This document shows, one piece after another, positions 19,581 to 28,655 of a stretch of DNA of 64,000 nt. The number at the start of each line of letters is the position of its first letter. Position 1 is the stretch's first letter. The position numbers and the translations under genes are program-made. The DNA is taken from the NCBI GenBank assembly GCA_000092065.1, contig CP000585.1. One strand, 5' to 3'. The notes beneath the pieces were generated by a model. The model was not told where the DNA came from, did no database searches, and saw only the letters and a program-made list of their open reading frames with translations. This DNA comes from Ostreococcus lucimarinus (lineage: Eukaryota).

Positions 19581-19592
19581 CCCCCCCCCCCC
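19581..19592. repeat. C12 homopolymer (G12 on the minus strand) inside the putative first intron of the OSCP gene
   Basis: Direct reading of 19571-19600. Confidence 0.7.
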
Positions 19593-20058
19593 GCGCCCAC
19601 GCCTCGCCGTCCCGTCCCTCGCCCTCGTCCATCGCGTCCTCGAATTTCCCACGCACCTTCACGTCCCCCCCGCTCGCCCCCTTCGCGCTCGCCGTCGCGT
19701 ACGTTCGCTGCGAAGCGTCGTCGTCCGTCAGTCCTCGCGCGTCCCGATCGAATCTTCGCGCGCGTCGTCGCGCGTCGCCGTCGCGCGTCGCCGCGCGATT
19801 CGCGTCGCGTCGCATCGCGCGAATTTCGTCTCGCGCGTTCGCGCACCTCGAGCGTCGATCGCGCGGTCGCGCATCGCGCGAGTCGTCGAAGCATCGCGTC
19901 GTCCGCGTGTGCGGGTCGCGCGCGCGCGGGTCGACCGCGCCGCGCGGAAATCGCACGCGCGCGCGGCGCCGAGCTCGTAACACCAAAGACCAAAGCCGGC
20001 GCGCGTCCATCGCGCGCGGCACACGCGCGCGCGACGGCGAGCGCGCGCGACGACGCGC

Positions 20059-23046
20059 ATGGCGCGACGACGCGAGCGCACGCGTCGACGCGCGCGCTCG
20101 CGCGCGCGATGGACGCTCGGCGTCGTCGGAAGCGCGGTCTGCGCCTGCGCGACCGCGATCCGAGGCGCGCGCGCGGGCAACGCCATCGGCGCGGCGCTGC
20201 GCGCGACGGGAGGCGCGACGCGCGATGGGCGCGATGGTGGACGGGAAAACGATGGCGCGCGCGGGACGACGCGAGCGAGCGCGAGGGCGAGCGATGGGGC
20301 GAACGCGGTGGGCGTGGAGGAGCTGGACGAGAACGCGCGCGAGAGCGAAACCGCGGCGGCGATTCGTTCGGGCGCGCGGGTTCGATTGACGGACGCGCGA
20401 GCGCGAGAGATGCTGAGTGGGACGATGATGGCGATGTACGGTGGCTTAGGGGAGACCGGGGAGACGACGAATTCGATGGACGTGCTCGTCGGGAGCGGGA
20501 GCGGGGATTATCTGGCGTGGTGTCGACGCGGCGAGCGCGCGAGCGCGGCGCCGGCGGTGGCGAGTGTGGGCGCGGCGGTGCACGCGGACGCGAACAAAGT
20601 CATGTTTCACGGCGGGTACAAGGTTTGGGACGCTGGCAGCGAGTTTGAGGACTTTGCCTCGACGCGCGCGTTTGATATGAAGACGGGTGAGTTTGAATGC
20701 CTCACCGCCGGAACCGCCGAAAACGAAAAGGCTGCGCTGGGCCAGACCCACGGCGCGTGCCCGAAACTCCACGGCGCGCACACTGGTAAGCGCGACGAAG
20801 AAGTGGCCGTCATTACCACTAAGCCGATTCGTTTGCCGAAAGCAGTGGCGAAGAAAGAGACGGCTCACGTCGAGGCCGCGCTCGGTAAACACTTGACTCG
20901 CCCAGAGCTTCCCGCGATCGACGTCGAAGACGAGGAAGACGACGCGACAACGAGCTCTGTTGAAGAAACTACCGATGGCGAAGGTGCGTCTGAGCTGGGC
21001 AGTGAGTCCAAGCAGCACGCCATGATCATCTTTGGTGGTCGCGACGAGAACGACCAACGCTTGGACACCGTCTACGCGCTCGGTCTCGAAGACAAGAAAT
21101 GGCGGAAGATTGAGTACGAACTTCCAGACGAGCGAGACGACATGGTGCCCCAAGGACCGTTTGAAATGCCACTCATCGTGAAGAACGAGCATAAAAACGG
21201 GAAACCGTTTCCGCTTGGGCGTTCGGGCGCCACCGCGGTGGTGACCAAGGACAATAAGATGATTATTTACGGCGGCTTTGTCGTCGAGGGCCGCCTCGGT
21301 TTCAACGTCGGTGAAACGCTCGTGCTTGATTTAGATAAGATGAAGTTCAGCTACCCGATGACGAGTGGCTCTATTCCAGTTCGTCGTAACAAACACTCTG
21401 CAGTTCTTGACAACGAGAATCGCATGTGGATGTGGGGCGGTTCGGTTTGGGATCACACCGGAGGTAGCTCGACGTATGCGTCCACGGCGACGTACTACGC
21501 CGACGTGAGCAACCCCAAGTCCATCGTATGGCATCGTGTGGAAACGAAAGGCAAACCGCCGAGTCAGCGTCGATTCCATTCAGCCATCATCGTGGACGGC
21601 GGCATGTACATCATCGGCGGTGAAGACTATCGCACTCGGACGTACCTGAACGACGTCCACAGGCTCGACTTGAAGACGTTCACTTGGACGCAGCCCGCTG
21701 TTCTAGGTGGTCTCGAAGGTGGTCGAATCCGTTCGAGCATGTTCCCGTGGGTAACGGATGCGTTCAAGAAGCTGGCGCATCCTGAGGCGAGTTTAGGCAA
21801 GTCTCACCACGAGCACACGCACGACGACAAACACGAAGAAGATTTGAAGCGGAAGGTCTCGATCAAGGACGCGGATGAGGAAAAGCCAAAGGATGAAAAA
21901 AAGGACGAAACTAATGCTTTTTCGATCGACATTTCTACGTGCGGCAAAGGTGAACAGGCGCGCGTGCGCACCGGCGAGAACCAGCCTGAAATTGAGAACT
22001 TGATCTCGGTGCTCGTCGATGGTTCAACTTTGGCTTCCAAAAACGGAGCTCTCGGCGCGGAAGACCCGACCGACGCCGCATCGTTGGCAGCTAGTCTCGC
22101 TAGCAATGGCTGGCTTGCAAACACTGCTCGTGGAGCCTCGATTATGTCTGAATCCAGCATGGTGTGGCGCAAGGCGCCGAGTGTCGGCGAAAGCGAAGGC
22201 GTCCCGGGTTGGATCACTGATGCCGGCGGGCGCGATAGTTCGATCTTGACTGAAACTCTCGACGCAGATCCGGATGCGGCGAGCATCGAGGAGCGATTAC
22301 TCGCCGCCGTCAAGGCAGTGTCTAGTGACACAAAACTTAAGTCGAGCGGCGGTAGCGCGCACGCGGTGAAGAAATCTGAAACCAAGGAACACGAGAAAGC
22401 ATCGCCGAAGAAGCGCGTCGACTCAGAAGATGAAGATGACGAAAAGAAGACAAAGAAGAGTTCGCATCACGAGTCTTCGCCTCATCACAAATCATCGCGC
22501 GACCACGACGACGAGGACGAAGATGCCGAGGAGCCTAAATCCTTGAAATCGTCGCATCATAAGTCGTCCAAAGAGGCCAACCACGAGGATGACGACGAGG
22601 AATCGGAACACAAGACACATCACGGTTCTCGCCACAAAGACGAAGACGAAGACGAAGACGAAGACGAATCACGACACTCGTCTCACTCTCACTCGGCGTC
22701 TCACAAGAAGGAAAAGGTTCACCTCTCTGGTGCGGCCAAGATGCTTCAGATGATTCAATCCCAAGGTGCCGATGAGGCGAGGCTGGGTCGGGTCGCGAAC
22801 ATTCGCGCCGGCGACTCGGCACGTCACTTTTACTTGTGGAGCGGCGTCGCTCTGGTGGCGATCGCTGCGGCGATTCTTATCAACCAAAAGAAGACCGAGA
22901 AGAAGCAAGAGAGTGACGTCGAGCGAATTCCCTTAGTTTTGAGTAGCTCGTCGATCTCTGACTCGCCAAACAAGAGCGCCACGTGGCAGCAAGAAGCGTT
23001 AGCTCGCAGAGGGGTCAGGTATGGCGACGATTTTGACGAGCCATAG
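20059..23046 (+). CDS. Kelch-repeat beta-propeller protein with a long acidic/His-rich tail and a C-terminal TM helix
   Basis: Kelch blades (MIIFGGRDENDQRLDTVYAL, MIIYGGFVVEGRLGFNV, MWMWGGSVWDH, RFHSAIIVDGGMYIIGGEDYRTRTYLNDVHRLDLKTFTWTQ). The tail has HHESSPHHKSS...DEDEDEDEDESRHSSHSHSASHKKEK. The C-terminus has LWSGVALVAIAAAILINQKK. ATG at 20059. Confidence 0.7.
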   Translation: MARRRERTRRRARSRARWTLGVVGSAVCACATAIRGARAGNAIGAALRATGGATRDGRDGGRENDGARGTTRASARASDGANAVGVEELDENARESETAAAIRSGARVRLTDARAREMLSGTMMAMYGGLGETGETTNSMDVLVGSGSGDYLAWCRRGERASAAPAVASVGAAVHADANKVMFHGGYKVWDAGSEFEDFASTRAFDMKTGEFECLTAGTAENEKAALGQTHGACPKLHGAHTGKRDEEVAVITTKPIRLPKAVAKKETAHVEAALGKHLTRPELPAIDVEDEEDDATTSSVEETTDGEGASELGSESKQHAMIIFGGRDENDQRLDTVYALGLEDKKWRKIEYELPDERDDMVPQGPFEMPLIVKNEHKNGKPFPLGRSGATAVVTKDNKMIIYGGFVVEGRLGFNVGETLVLDLDKMKFSYPMTSGSIPVRRNKHSAVLDNENRMWMWGGSVWDHTGGSSTYASTATYYADVSNPKSIVWHRVETKGKPPSQRRFHSAIIVDGGMYIIGGEDYRTRTYLNDVHRLDLKTFTWTQPAVLGGLEGGRIRSSMFPWVTDAFKKLAHPEASLGKSHHEHTHDDKHEEDLKRKVSIKDADEEKPKDEKKDETNAFSIDISTCGKGEQARVRTGENQPEIENLISVLVDGSTLASKNGALGAEDPTDAASLAASLASNGWLANTARGASIMSESSMVWRKAPSVGESEGVPGWITDAGGRDSSILTETLDADPDAASIEERLLAAVKAVSSDTKLKSSGGSAHAVKKSETKEHEKASPKKRVDSEDEDDEKKTKKSSHHESSPHHKSSRDHDDEDEDAEEPKSLKSSHHKSSKEANHEDDDEESEHKTHHGSRHKDEDEDEDEDESRHSSHSHSASHKKEKVHLSGAAKMLQMIQSQGADEARLGRVANIRAGDSARHFYLWSGVALVAIAAAILINQKKTEKKQESDVERIPLVLSSSSISDSPNKSATWQQEALARRGVRYGDDFDEP
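22639..22668. repeat. (GACGAA)5 hexanucleotide microsatellite encoding DEDEDEDEDE inside the Kelch-protein tail
   Basis: Direct reading of 22621-22680. Confidence 0.8.
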
Positions 23047-23081
23047 ACAGTTTGTGTAGTTCTAAGATAATCAAGTACAAA

Positions 23082-25583
23082 TCAAACGCTTTCGTCGTAT
23101 TTTGCGACTGTGGGCCCCCCGCTTACTAATGGTTCGCTATCTTCGTCGTTGCTCGTGAATTTCCCTTTCGCGATGGCGACCAAAACTACGCCGAAGGCGA
23201 TCGCAGTGGCGCCAAAGACAGCGTTGAACGCGACATACTTTCCCTCGTCAACCGCGATCAGTTGAACCTCCTCCACGCGACGACCAGGGATCTGGAGCCG
23301 CACGTACGACAAATCCTCACCGAGATCACCGTCGGAGTCATCACCGGTTTGTTCACTTTGCAAAATCCACCCCTCCGTCGGCATCTCCACGAGCACCTCG
23401 TTTTCGCCTTGTGCGATCGAGACGTTCGTCAGCGGCACTTGAGGATTGAACGCACACTCAGCATCGGGAGTGAATGTACACACCGAAAACCCAGTTGGCG
23501 CGCATCGAAGCGCGTAGACACCATCTCCGTGCTTTCCTTCCTTGTGATTCCAGAAATGACCGGGAGCGTCTTCACCGCATCCTTGCGTTACGCTACACGT
23601 GAAAACGCTGTTTTCGACGTCGTGAGCCGATTGACTAGCCGGATTGAGTTGCTTATTGGTCAGAGTCAATCCACCATGATCGTCAGCAATCATGTCAGAG
23701 ACGTTTTGCGACGAATATTTGTCTGAAGTCCCGTACTGAGCTGCAGTGACGGTGTTTGCGTCGCCACACGAGTTAACGATGCCGAGCTCTGGACAGAACT
23801 GTGTACCGTGCGATCGCAAGTTGAGATCATCGCAGTTTCGCGAGCGAGAGTTTCGCACATTGAAACATTGCCCGATTTCGAGGTTCGGCGCGCAAGAACA
23901 AGAGCATGTGCCACTGAAACGTTCCGGGTCATCCTCGGTCCAAGTCGCATCGTGCGTGATGGAGGCTGTTTGTACTTTTGACGCGGCGACTTGATCGTCG
24001 GGAACAGAATTCACGAGTGTTTCCATTTGGTCGTTGTACGCATTTTGATCGGAATCCCCGAGACGCGGTAAGACGACTTTTCTCTCTTTAAGCGGCTCAT
24101 TTTTGTGGTGCAAGCTCGCCCACACATTTTCGTAACTCGTGCCCGATCTAGAGAGCTTCGGGTAAGTCAATCGGTGATTTTGATCGCTCGATGGCTTCGG
24201 ATCGATGGCGTGCGCGATGATCTGCCAGGCGCGTTGTACGACAAACATATCATTACGTGGAAGAACTGTGCGTTCAGATTCTGCAAGATCTGCTTGTTGA
24301 ATAGCTGCACTGACGGCCGGACAAGTCGGCGACGAGCCCCACGTTGTACCGAGGCTGACGACGACTGTTCGCTGTTCCGGAACAGTGATCATCATCGAAC
24401 CCATCTCACCGGCGTTAAACAAGACATCGTAGCTCGGCTCGGCTCCCGGAAGCACCGGACCGTCGTGTACCGGGCAATCAGCGCCCAAACCGCTGACGGA
24501 ATTCGTCGGCGCCGACTCATTGCCAGCTTGCGCTTGTTCTTGATCGTTCATCTTTGATGCGGCGTGCACGTTGTACGTCCATCCCGCGAGACCAAAGTAC
24601 CTTGACGCGTCAGGATAGGACGGTCGCATCATCGCACGAAGAAATTTTTTGTCGACGAGTTGTCTGGAGCCGCCGTCTGGCATTTTCCATCTCCCTTCGT
24701 TGACGATGAGTTGTCCGAAGCGAGCCATATCGCGGCAGCTCGCGAGCTGTCCGCCGACGAATGACATCTCACCTTTCGAGCTACCCGTACCTTGCTCGAA
24801 GAAATCGCCCAGTCCAAGGGGATCAGCGATGCGCTTCTTCGCGAACGCCGTCGGGCGCTGTCCCGTGGCGCCTCTAAGGACGCCGTTCAAATATTTCAAA
24901 GGCGACTTTTGGACGTCGTTATACGCCGCGTCGTTACGGAACTCCTCTCCTGGTACGTGGCTTCCATCCGAGCTCACCTGCGCGAGCAACTCGCGCACCG
25001 TAAGCGACGCCCAGTACTCACTATTCCACTCCGGCGGCGTATCACCTCCGAATTGTTGCGCGCGGTCCAGCAACTCCTTCACCTTGTCGTCCAGCGTCAG
25101 GTCCTGTCTCAGAATCGCCGCGCCGATCGCGAGTGCCGTCGCCACTTTCCCGACGTATCCCACGTTGAACACGCTGTTCAGCGTCGCGCCGTTGTAATAC
25201 TCTTCGTGCACCACGACGCCGTCCTTCACCACCACCACGCAGTCGCGCGCCGGCAAGTCAAGCTTCAACTGCGTCGACCCCTCGATCAGCGCGTGACCGC
25301 GCAGACCGTGATCTTCGGGAAAGCTAGAGTACCACGACCCATTCGCCGGTCCGAGGACGTCGCGCGAGCCGAGCGCGAGGAGCTCGTCGCTGTTTTCGTA
25401 CGCGTACCACGCGCCGAGCGCCAACACCACGGCGATCGCGACGGCGACGACGCGGTGGCCGTGCGCGGACCAGAACGAGCGCCGACCGTGCGTGGCCCAC
25501 GCTCGAGTGTCTTCGTTCATCGCGAGCGTTCGCTCGCGCGACGGCGCGCGCGCGCGCGAGGATGTGTAGAGCTGATTCATCAT
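23082..25583 (-). CDS. Membrane-anchored beta-lactamase-like / serine-hydrolase-family domain protein. An N-terminal TM helix and beta-lactamase-like domain are followed by a Cys-rich region and a C-terminal TM helix.
   Basis: The N-terminal half resembles beta-lactamase / penicillin-binding-protein-like esterases (ALIEGSTQLKLDLPARDCVVVVKDGVVVHEEYYNG...FNVGYVGKVATALAIG...KKRIADPLGL). The TM helices are VVAVAIAVVLALGAWY and AIAFGVVLVAIAKG. There are many Cys in 23300-24000. Start is ATG-ATG at 25583. Confidence 0.6.
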   Translation of the reverse strand: MMNQLYTSSRARAPSRERTLAMNEDTRAWATHGRRSFWSAHGHRVVAVAIAVVLALGAWYAYENSDELLALGSRDVLGPANGSWYSSFPEDHGLRGHALIEGSTQLKLDLPARDCVVVVKDGVVVHEEYYNGATLNSVFNVGYVGKVATALAIGAAILRQDLTLDDKVKELLDRAQQFGGDTPPEWNSEYWASLTVRELLAQVSSDGSHVPGEEFRNDAAYNDVQKSPLKYLNGVLRGATGQRPTAFAKKRIADPLGLGDFFEQGTGSSKGEMSFVGGQLASCRDMARFGQLIVNEGRWKMPDGGSRQLVDKKFLRAMMRPSYPDASRYFGLAGWTYNVHAASKMNDQEQAQAGNESAPTNSVSGLGADCPVHDGPVLPGAEPSYDVLFNAGEMGSMMITVPEQRTVVVSLGTTWGSSPTCPAVSAAIQQADLAESERTVLPRNDMFVVQRAWQIIAHAIDPKPSSDQNHRLTYPKLSRSGTSYENVWASLHHKNEPLKERKVVLPRLGDSDQNAYNDQMETLVNSVPDDQVAASKVQTASITHDATWTEDDPERFSGTCSCSCAPNLEIGQCFNVRNSRSRNCDDLNLRSHGTQFCPELGIVNSCGDANTVTAAQYGTSDKYSSQNVSDMIADDHGGLTLTNKQLNPASQSAHDVENSVFTCSVTQGCGEDAPGHFWNHKEGKHGDGVYALRCAPTGFSVCTFTPDAECAFNPQVPLTNVSIAQGENEVLVEMPTEGWILQSEQTGDDSDGDLGEDLSYVRLQIPGRRVEEVQLIAVDEGKYVAFNAVFGATAIAFGVVLVAIAKGKFTSNDEDSEPLVSGGPTVAKYDESV

Positions 25584-25651
25584 AGGGTGTTGGCCCGCGC
25601 GCGGTGCGGCGGTGGTCGAAATACGCTGAATTACAACAAGAAAGCTATTAG

Positions 25652-27187
25652 TTAAAGCCAGGGGGTGCTGGATAAGTCGCCCGTCGCCGAACGATCGTCG
25701 AGAGGGTCGACCGAGCTCGTTCCCGCGACTTCCTTACCAGACTTGGCGCTCGAGGCTTCCCAACCGCCGAGCGGCTTGGACGTGTCGAGGAGCTCGGATA
25801 ACGACTCGCCGCTCGGGATGGAGCCGGCGATGGCGAATTTCACGCCGGTTTTGTCGAATATTCGCGATAAACCCAGAAAAATGTGGTGACGAAGGCGCAT
25901 TGTGGTAAACCCAGCCGCGCGGAAGACGCCGTAATCGTTATAACAGACGATTTCCAACACCGCGCCTCCCGCGAAAGAGTTCATGCCGGTGAGCGTGCAA
26001 CGCGGGGCCAAGCTCACGCCACGAACGACGTCCGCGCCCACGGTTGACCGGAGAAAGCTCTCCACTTGCGTTTGTAAGTGCGGGACTTTGGGCAAGTCGT
26101 CGAAAGAAATCGCAAACTGCTCTCGGAACTCGCGATACGGCGCTCGCGAGAGGTTCTCCACCTTGTACGCCACCATGGCGCTGTTCGGGATGTACGCCAC
26201 CTTGCCGGCGCGGTTGATTAACTTCGTGTACAAATAACCGATGCTTTCGACGCGACCGGAAATTTCGCGACGTCCTCCGATCAGGACTCGAATAACTTCT
26301 TTGGGAACGAACCATCCCGCCGCGATGACGATGAGGCCGCCGAAGTAGTTCGCAATCGTATCCCGCAAGACGACGGAGGCGAAAATTGCGAGCACGACCC
26401 CGGATGCGCCGAGCACTTGAAGCACCGCTCGCAACGGTAACCCTAACGAATCAAGCGCGGCCAGGCCCGTGATCCCCCAAATCAGCGCCGCACTCTCTCT
26501 GTCGTACACGTGCGCCGGTATTAAATCAGTCGGTTCCCTCGAACCGTACATTTTGCGCCGCAAGTCTCCCGCCGCTTTCGCGAGAAACTTTTTCCGAAAG
26601 CTCGTCACCACGCTTCCGTAATATACAATCTTCAGCATTCGCACCACGCGTTCGGGCGGTAACAGCGCGTGCGCGTCCGGGCTCGCGATCGGCACGATCA
26701 CCGCGTACACGAACGCCAACCCGACGTTGAACAGCGCGCCTCGCGCCAGCAGATAGACGAAGCCAAAAACACTCTCCGCGAACTCCTCGTCCTCGTCTCG
26801 CCGTCGCGCTCGCATCCACGCGTTGTGCACCACCACCAGCGCCGGCCGCAGCGCTCCGACGGCGAGCATGAGAGAGAAGGAGAAAATCGTCGCGTACGCC
26901 AGCACCTCCGCCACGTTGAGCCTCGCCGCGCTCTGCAGCACCTGCGGCAGGTACGTCGCCGACTGTCGCGCGACTTCGTCCGAGATCGTGCTCGCCGTCG
27001 CTCGCGCGCGCGTCGAGCGTCTCGCGTCGCCGCGCGCCGTCGCCGTCGCCGTCGCCGTCGCGTCGCGCGCCGCGCGTCGCGTCGACGCGTCGGCGCGGTG
27101 GTTGGCGTTCGCGCGCGTCGATTCGCGTCGCGCGGACGCGACGCGCGGCGCGAGCGACGCGCGGGGGGCGGGCGCGACGGCGCGCAT
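25652..27187 (-). CDS. MSL: MscS-like mechanosensitive ion channel (MSL family), likely organelle-targeted
   Basis: The MscS pore/beta-domain signature GGLIVIAAGWFVPKEVIRVLIGGRREISGRVESIGYLYTKLINRAGKVAYIPNSAMVAYKVENLSRAP, with upstream TM helices. The first ATG is at 27187; the track start at 27283 is TTG. Confidence 0.8.
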   Translation of the reverse strand: MRAVAPAPRASLAPRVASARRESTRANANHRADASTRRAARDATATATATARGDARRSTRARATASTISDEVARQSATYLPQVLQSAARLNVAEVLAYATIFSFSLMLAVGALRPALVVVHNAWMRARRRDEDEEFAESVFGFVYLLARGALFNVGLAFVYAVIVPIASPDAHALLPPERVVRMLKIVYYGSVVTSFRKKFLAKAAGDLRRKMYGSREPTDLIPAHVYDRESAALIWGITGLAALDSLGLPLRAVLQVLGASGVVLAIFASVVLRDTIANYFGGLIVIAAGWFVPKEVIRVLIGGRREISGRVESIGYLYTKLINRAGKVAYIPNSAMVAYKVENLSRAPYREFREQFAISFDDLPKVPHLQTQVESFLRSTVGADVVRGVSLAPRCTLTGMNSFAGGAVLEIVCYNDYGVFRAAGFTTMRLRHHIFLGLSRIFDKTGVKFAIAGSIPSGESLSELLDTSKPLGGWEASSAKSGKEVAGTSSVDPLDDRSATGDLSSTPWL

Positions 27188-27391
27188 CGATCCGGACGCG
27201 CGCGCGACGCCGCGAGCGGGACGCGCGCGATTCGGCGCGGCGGTGAGTGCGGTGGGAACGCAAACATCTCGCAAACATCTCAAACGCGAGCCTCGCGAGA
27301 CGATAGGGGGTCGTTACAGCGACTAATGCGGTCGGCGTGATGGTCGAAAAGCGCGCGCGCGAGCGTTGGGTGAGATGAGAGGGTCGAAGAA

Positions 27392-28549
27392 TCACGGACC
27401 GCGACCGCGACGCGAGGCGAGAACCAAGACGGCGAAACCGAGGACGCCGCCGCCGACGGCGGTGGGATTCTTCTCCGTCGCGCGCTCCACGCGCTTGATC
27501 ACGTTGTGCTTCGTGCGCTTGTACAATCGAACGGCCGCGCCTTGAAGTCTTCGAATGGGATGTTCCCGCACGCCAGCCTTCATGCGCTGCTTGAAGGGCG
27601 AGCGAAGCGGGCTGTCCGCGAGTTCGTCTTCGATTTCCTTCGCCTTCGCGCGCGCCGCGCTCAGCGCGTCGGAGAGTTTCACCTCCATCGCGCTCTTCGG
27701 TTTCGGCGTCGACGCCGGCGTCGACGCCGACGCCGACGCCGGCGTCGTCATCGATTTCGTCCTCGATCCCGCGGACTTGGGCGTTTTCAAAAACGAAAAC
27801 GCCTTCTTCGGTCCCTCGCCCGTCGACTTTTTCGGCGTTCGTTCGAAACGCGCGTTCGCGTTCGCCTTCACCACGCTCGCCACCGCCGTCTCCACGCACG
27901 CCCGCACCCCGCGTTCCCGTTCCGCGTCCTCGATCACGCGTTCCACGATTCCGCGCGTCACCGCTCGCACCGTTCGCGCCCCCACCTCTTCCTCGTCCTC
28001 CGCGTCGTGAAACTCCTCCTCCGACCCCTCCGCGCTCGCGAACCCGTTCGCGTCCACCCACGCCGCCCGTTCGCCGCCCCTCACCGCGCCGTTCGACGTC
28101 TTCGCCCGTTTCACCGGCGACGCGCGTGTCGCGTCCGCCGTCGCCGTCGTCCCCGTCGACGACGCGTGCGCGCCCTCGCGCTCGCGCCGCGCCGCGATCG
28201 TCGCGATCTTGTCATCCTTCGCGCGCACCTTGGCCGCGCGTCGCGCGCGGTCCTCCTCCGCGATCGCGCGCGCGCGCATTCGAACCGCCTCCGCGCGCTC
28301 CGACGCGGACGGTCGCGTCGTGTGCGTCGCCGTCGCGCCGCGCGGCGTCGTCGTCGTCGCGGAATTCGACCGCGCGTTCGAATTCCGCGTCGTCGTCGTC
28401 GTCGGCGCGTCGCGCGCGGCGGCGGACGACGCGTCGTCGAACGCGGGCATCGCGGGCGGTCCGCGTCGCGCGCCGCGGCGCGACGACGCGCGCGCGCGTG
28501 TGCGGCGCGTCGCGAACGCGTCGTCGAACGCGACATCGCGCGTCGACAT
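27392..28549 (-). CDS. Hypothetical tail-anchored protein: a low-complexity Ala/Arg/Thr-rich N-terminal half, a conserved-looking C-terminal region and one C-terminal TM helix
   Basis: The C-terminus reads ...KAKEIEDELADSPLRSPFKQRMKAGVREHPIRRLQGAAVRLYKRTKHNVIKRVERATEKNPTAVGGGVLGFAVLVLASRRGRGP. The start is chosen at the ATG at 28549 (MSTRDVAFDDAF...). Anything further upstream overlaps a better plus-strand gene. Confidence 0.4.
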   Translation of the reverse strand: MSTRDVAFDDAFATRRTRARASSRRGARRGPPAMPAFDDASSAAARDAPTTTTTRNSNARSNSATTTTPRGATATHTTRPSASERAEAVRMRARAIAEEDRARRAAKVRAKDDKIATIAARREREGAHASSTGTTATADATRASPVKRAKTSNGAVRGGERAAWVDANGFASAEGSEEEFHDAEDEEEVGARTVRAVTRGIVERVIEDAERERGVRACVETAVASVVKANANARFERTPKKSTGEGPKKAFSFLKTPKSAGSRTKSMTTPASASASTPASTPKPKSAMEVKLSDALSAARAKAKEIEDELADSPLRSPFKQRMKAGVREHPIRRLQGAAVRLYKRTKHNVIKRVERATEKNPTAVGGGVLGFAVLVLASRRGRGP

Positions 28550-28655
28550 CGATCGATCGCGCGCGCGCGCGCGCAGAGCGCGGCGGCGCGTCACCGGGCG
28601 CGCGACGAAGACGCCGCGCGACCCGCGTCGTCGGCGCGCCGCACGCGCGCGGCGC

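Noticed and set aside
21715-21735. ggtcgaatccgttcgag resembling a tRNA T-arm (GGTTCGAATCC)
   Set aside because: It lies inside the conserved Kelch-protein coding frame, lacks one T of the consensus, and I could find no flanking acceptor or anticodon stems. I found no tRNA-like cloverleaf elsewhere by eye, but a proper tRNAscan run is needed.
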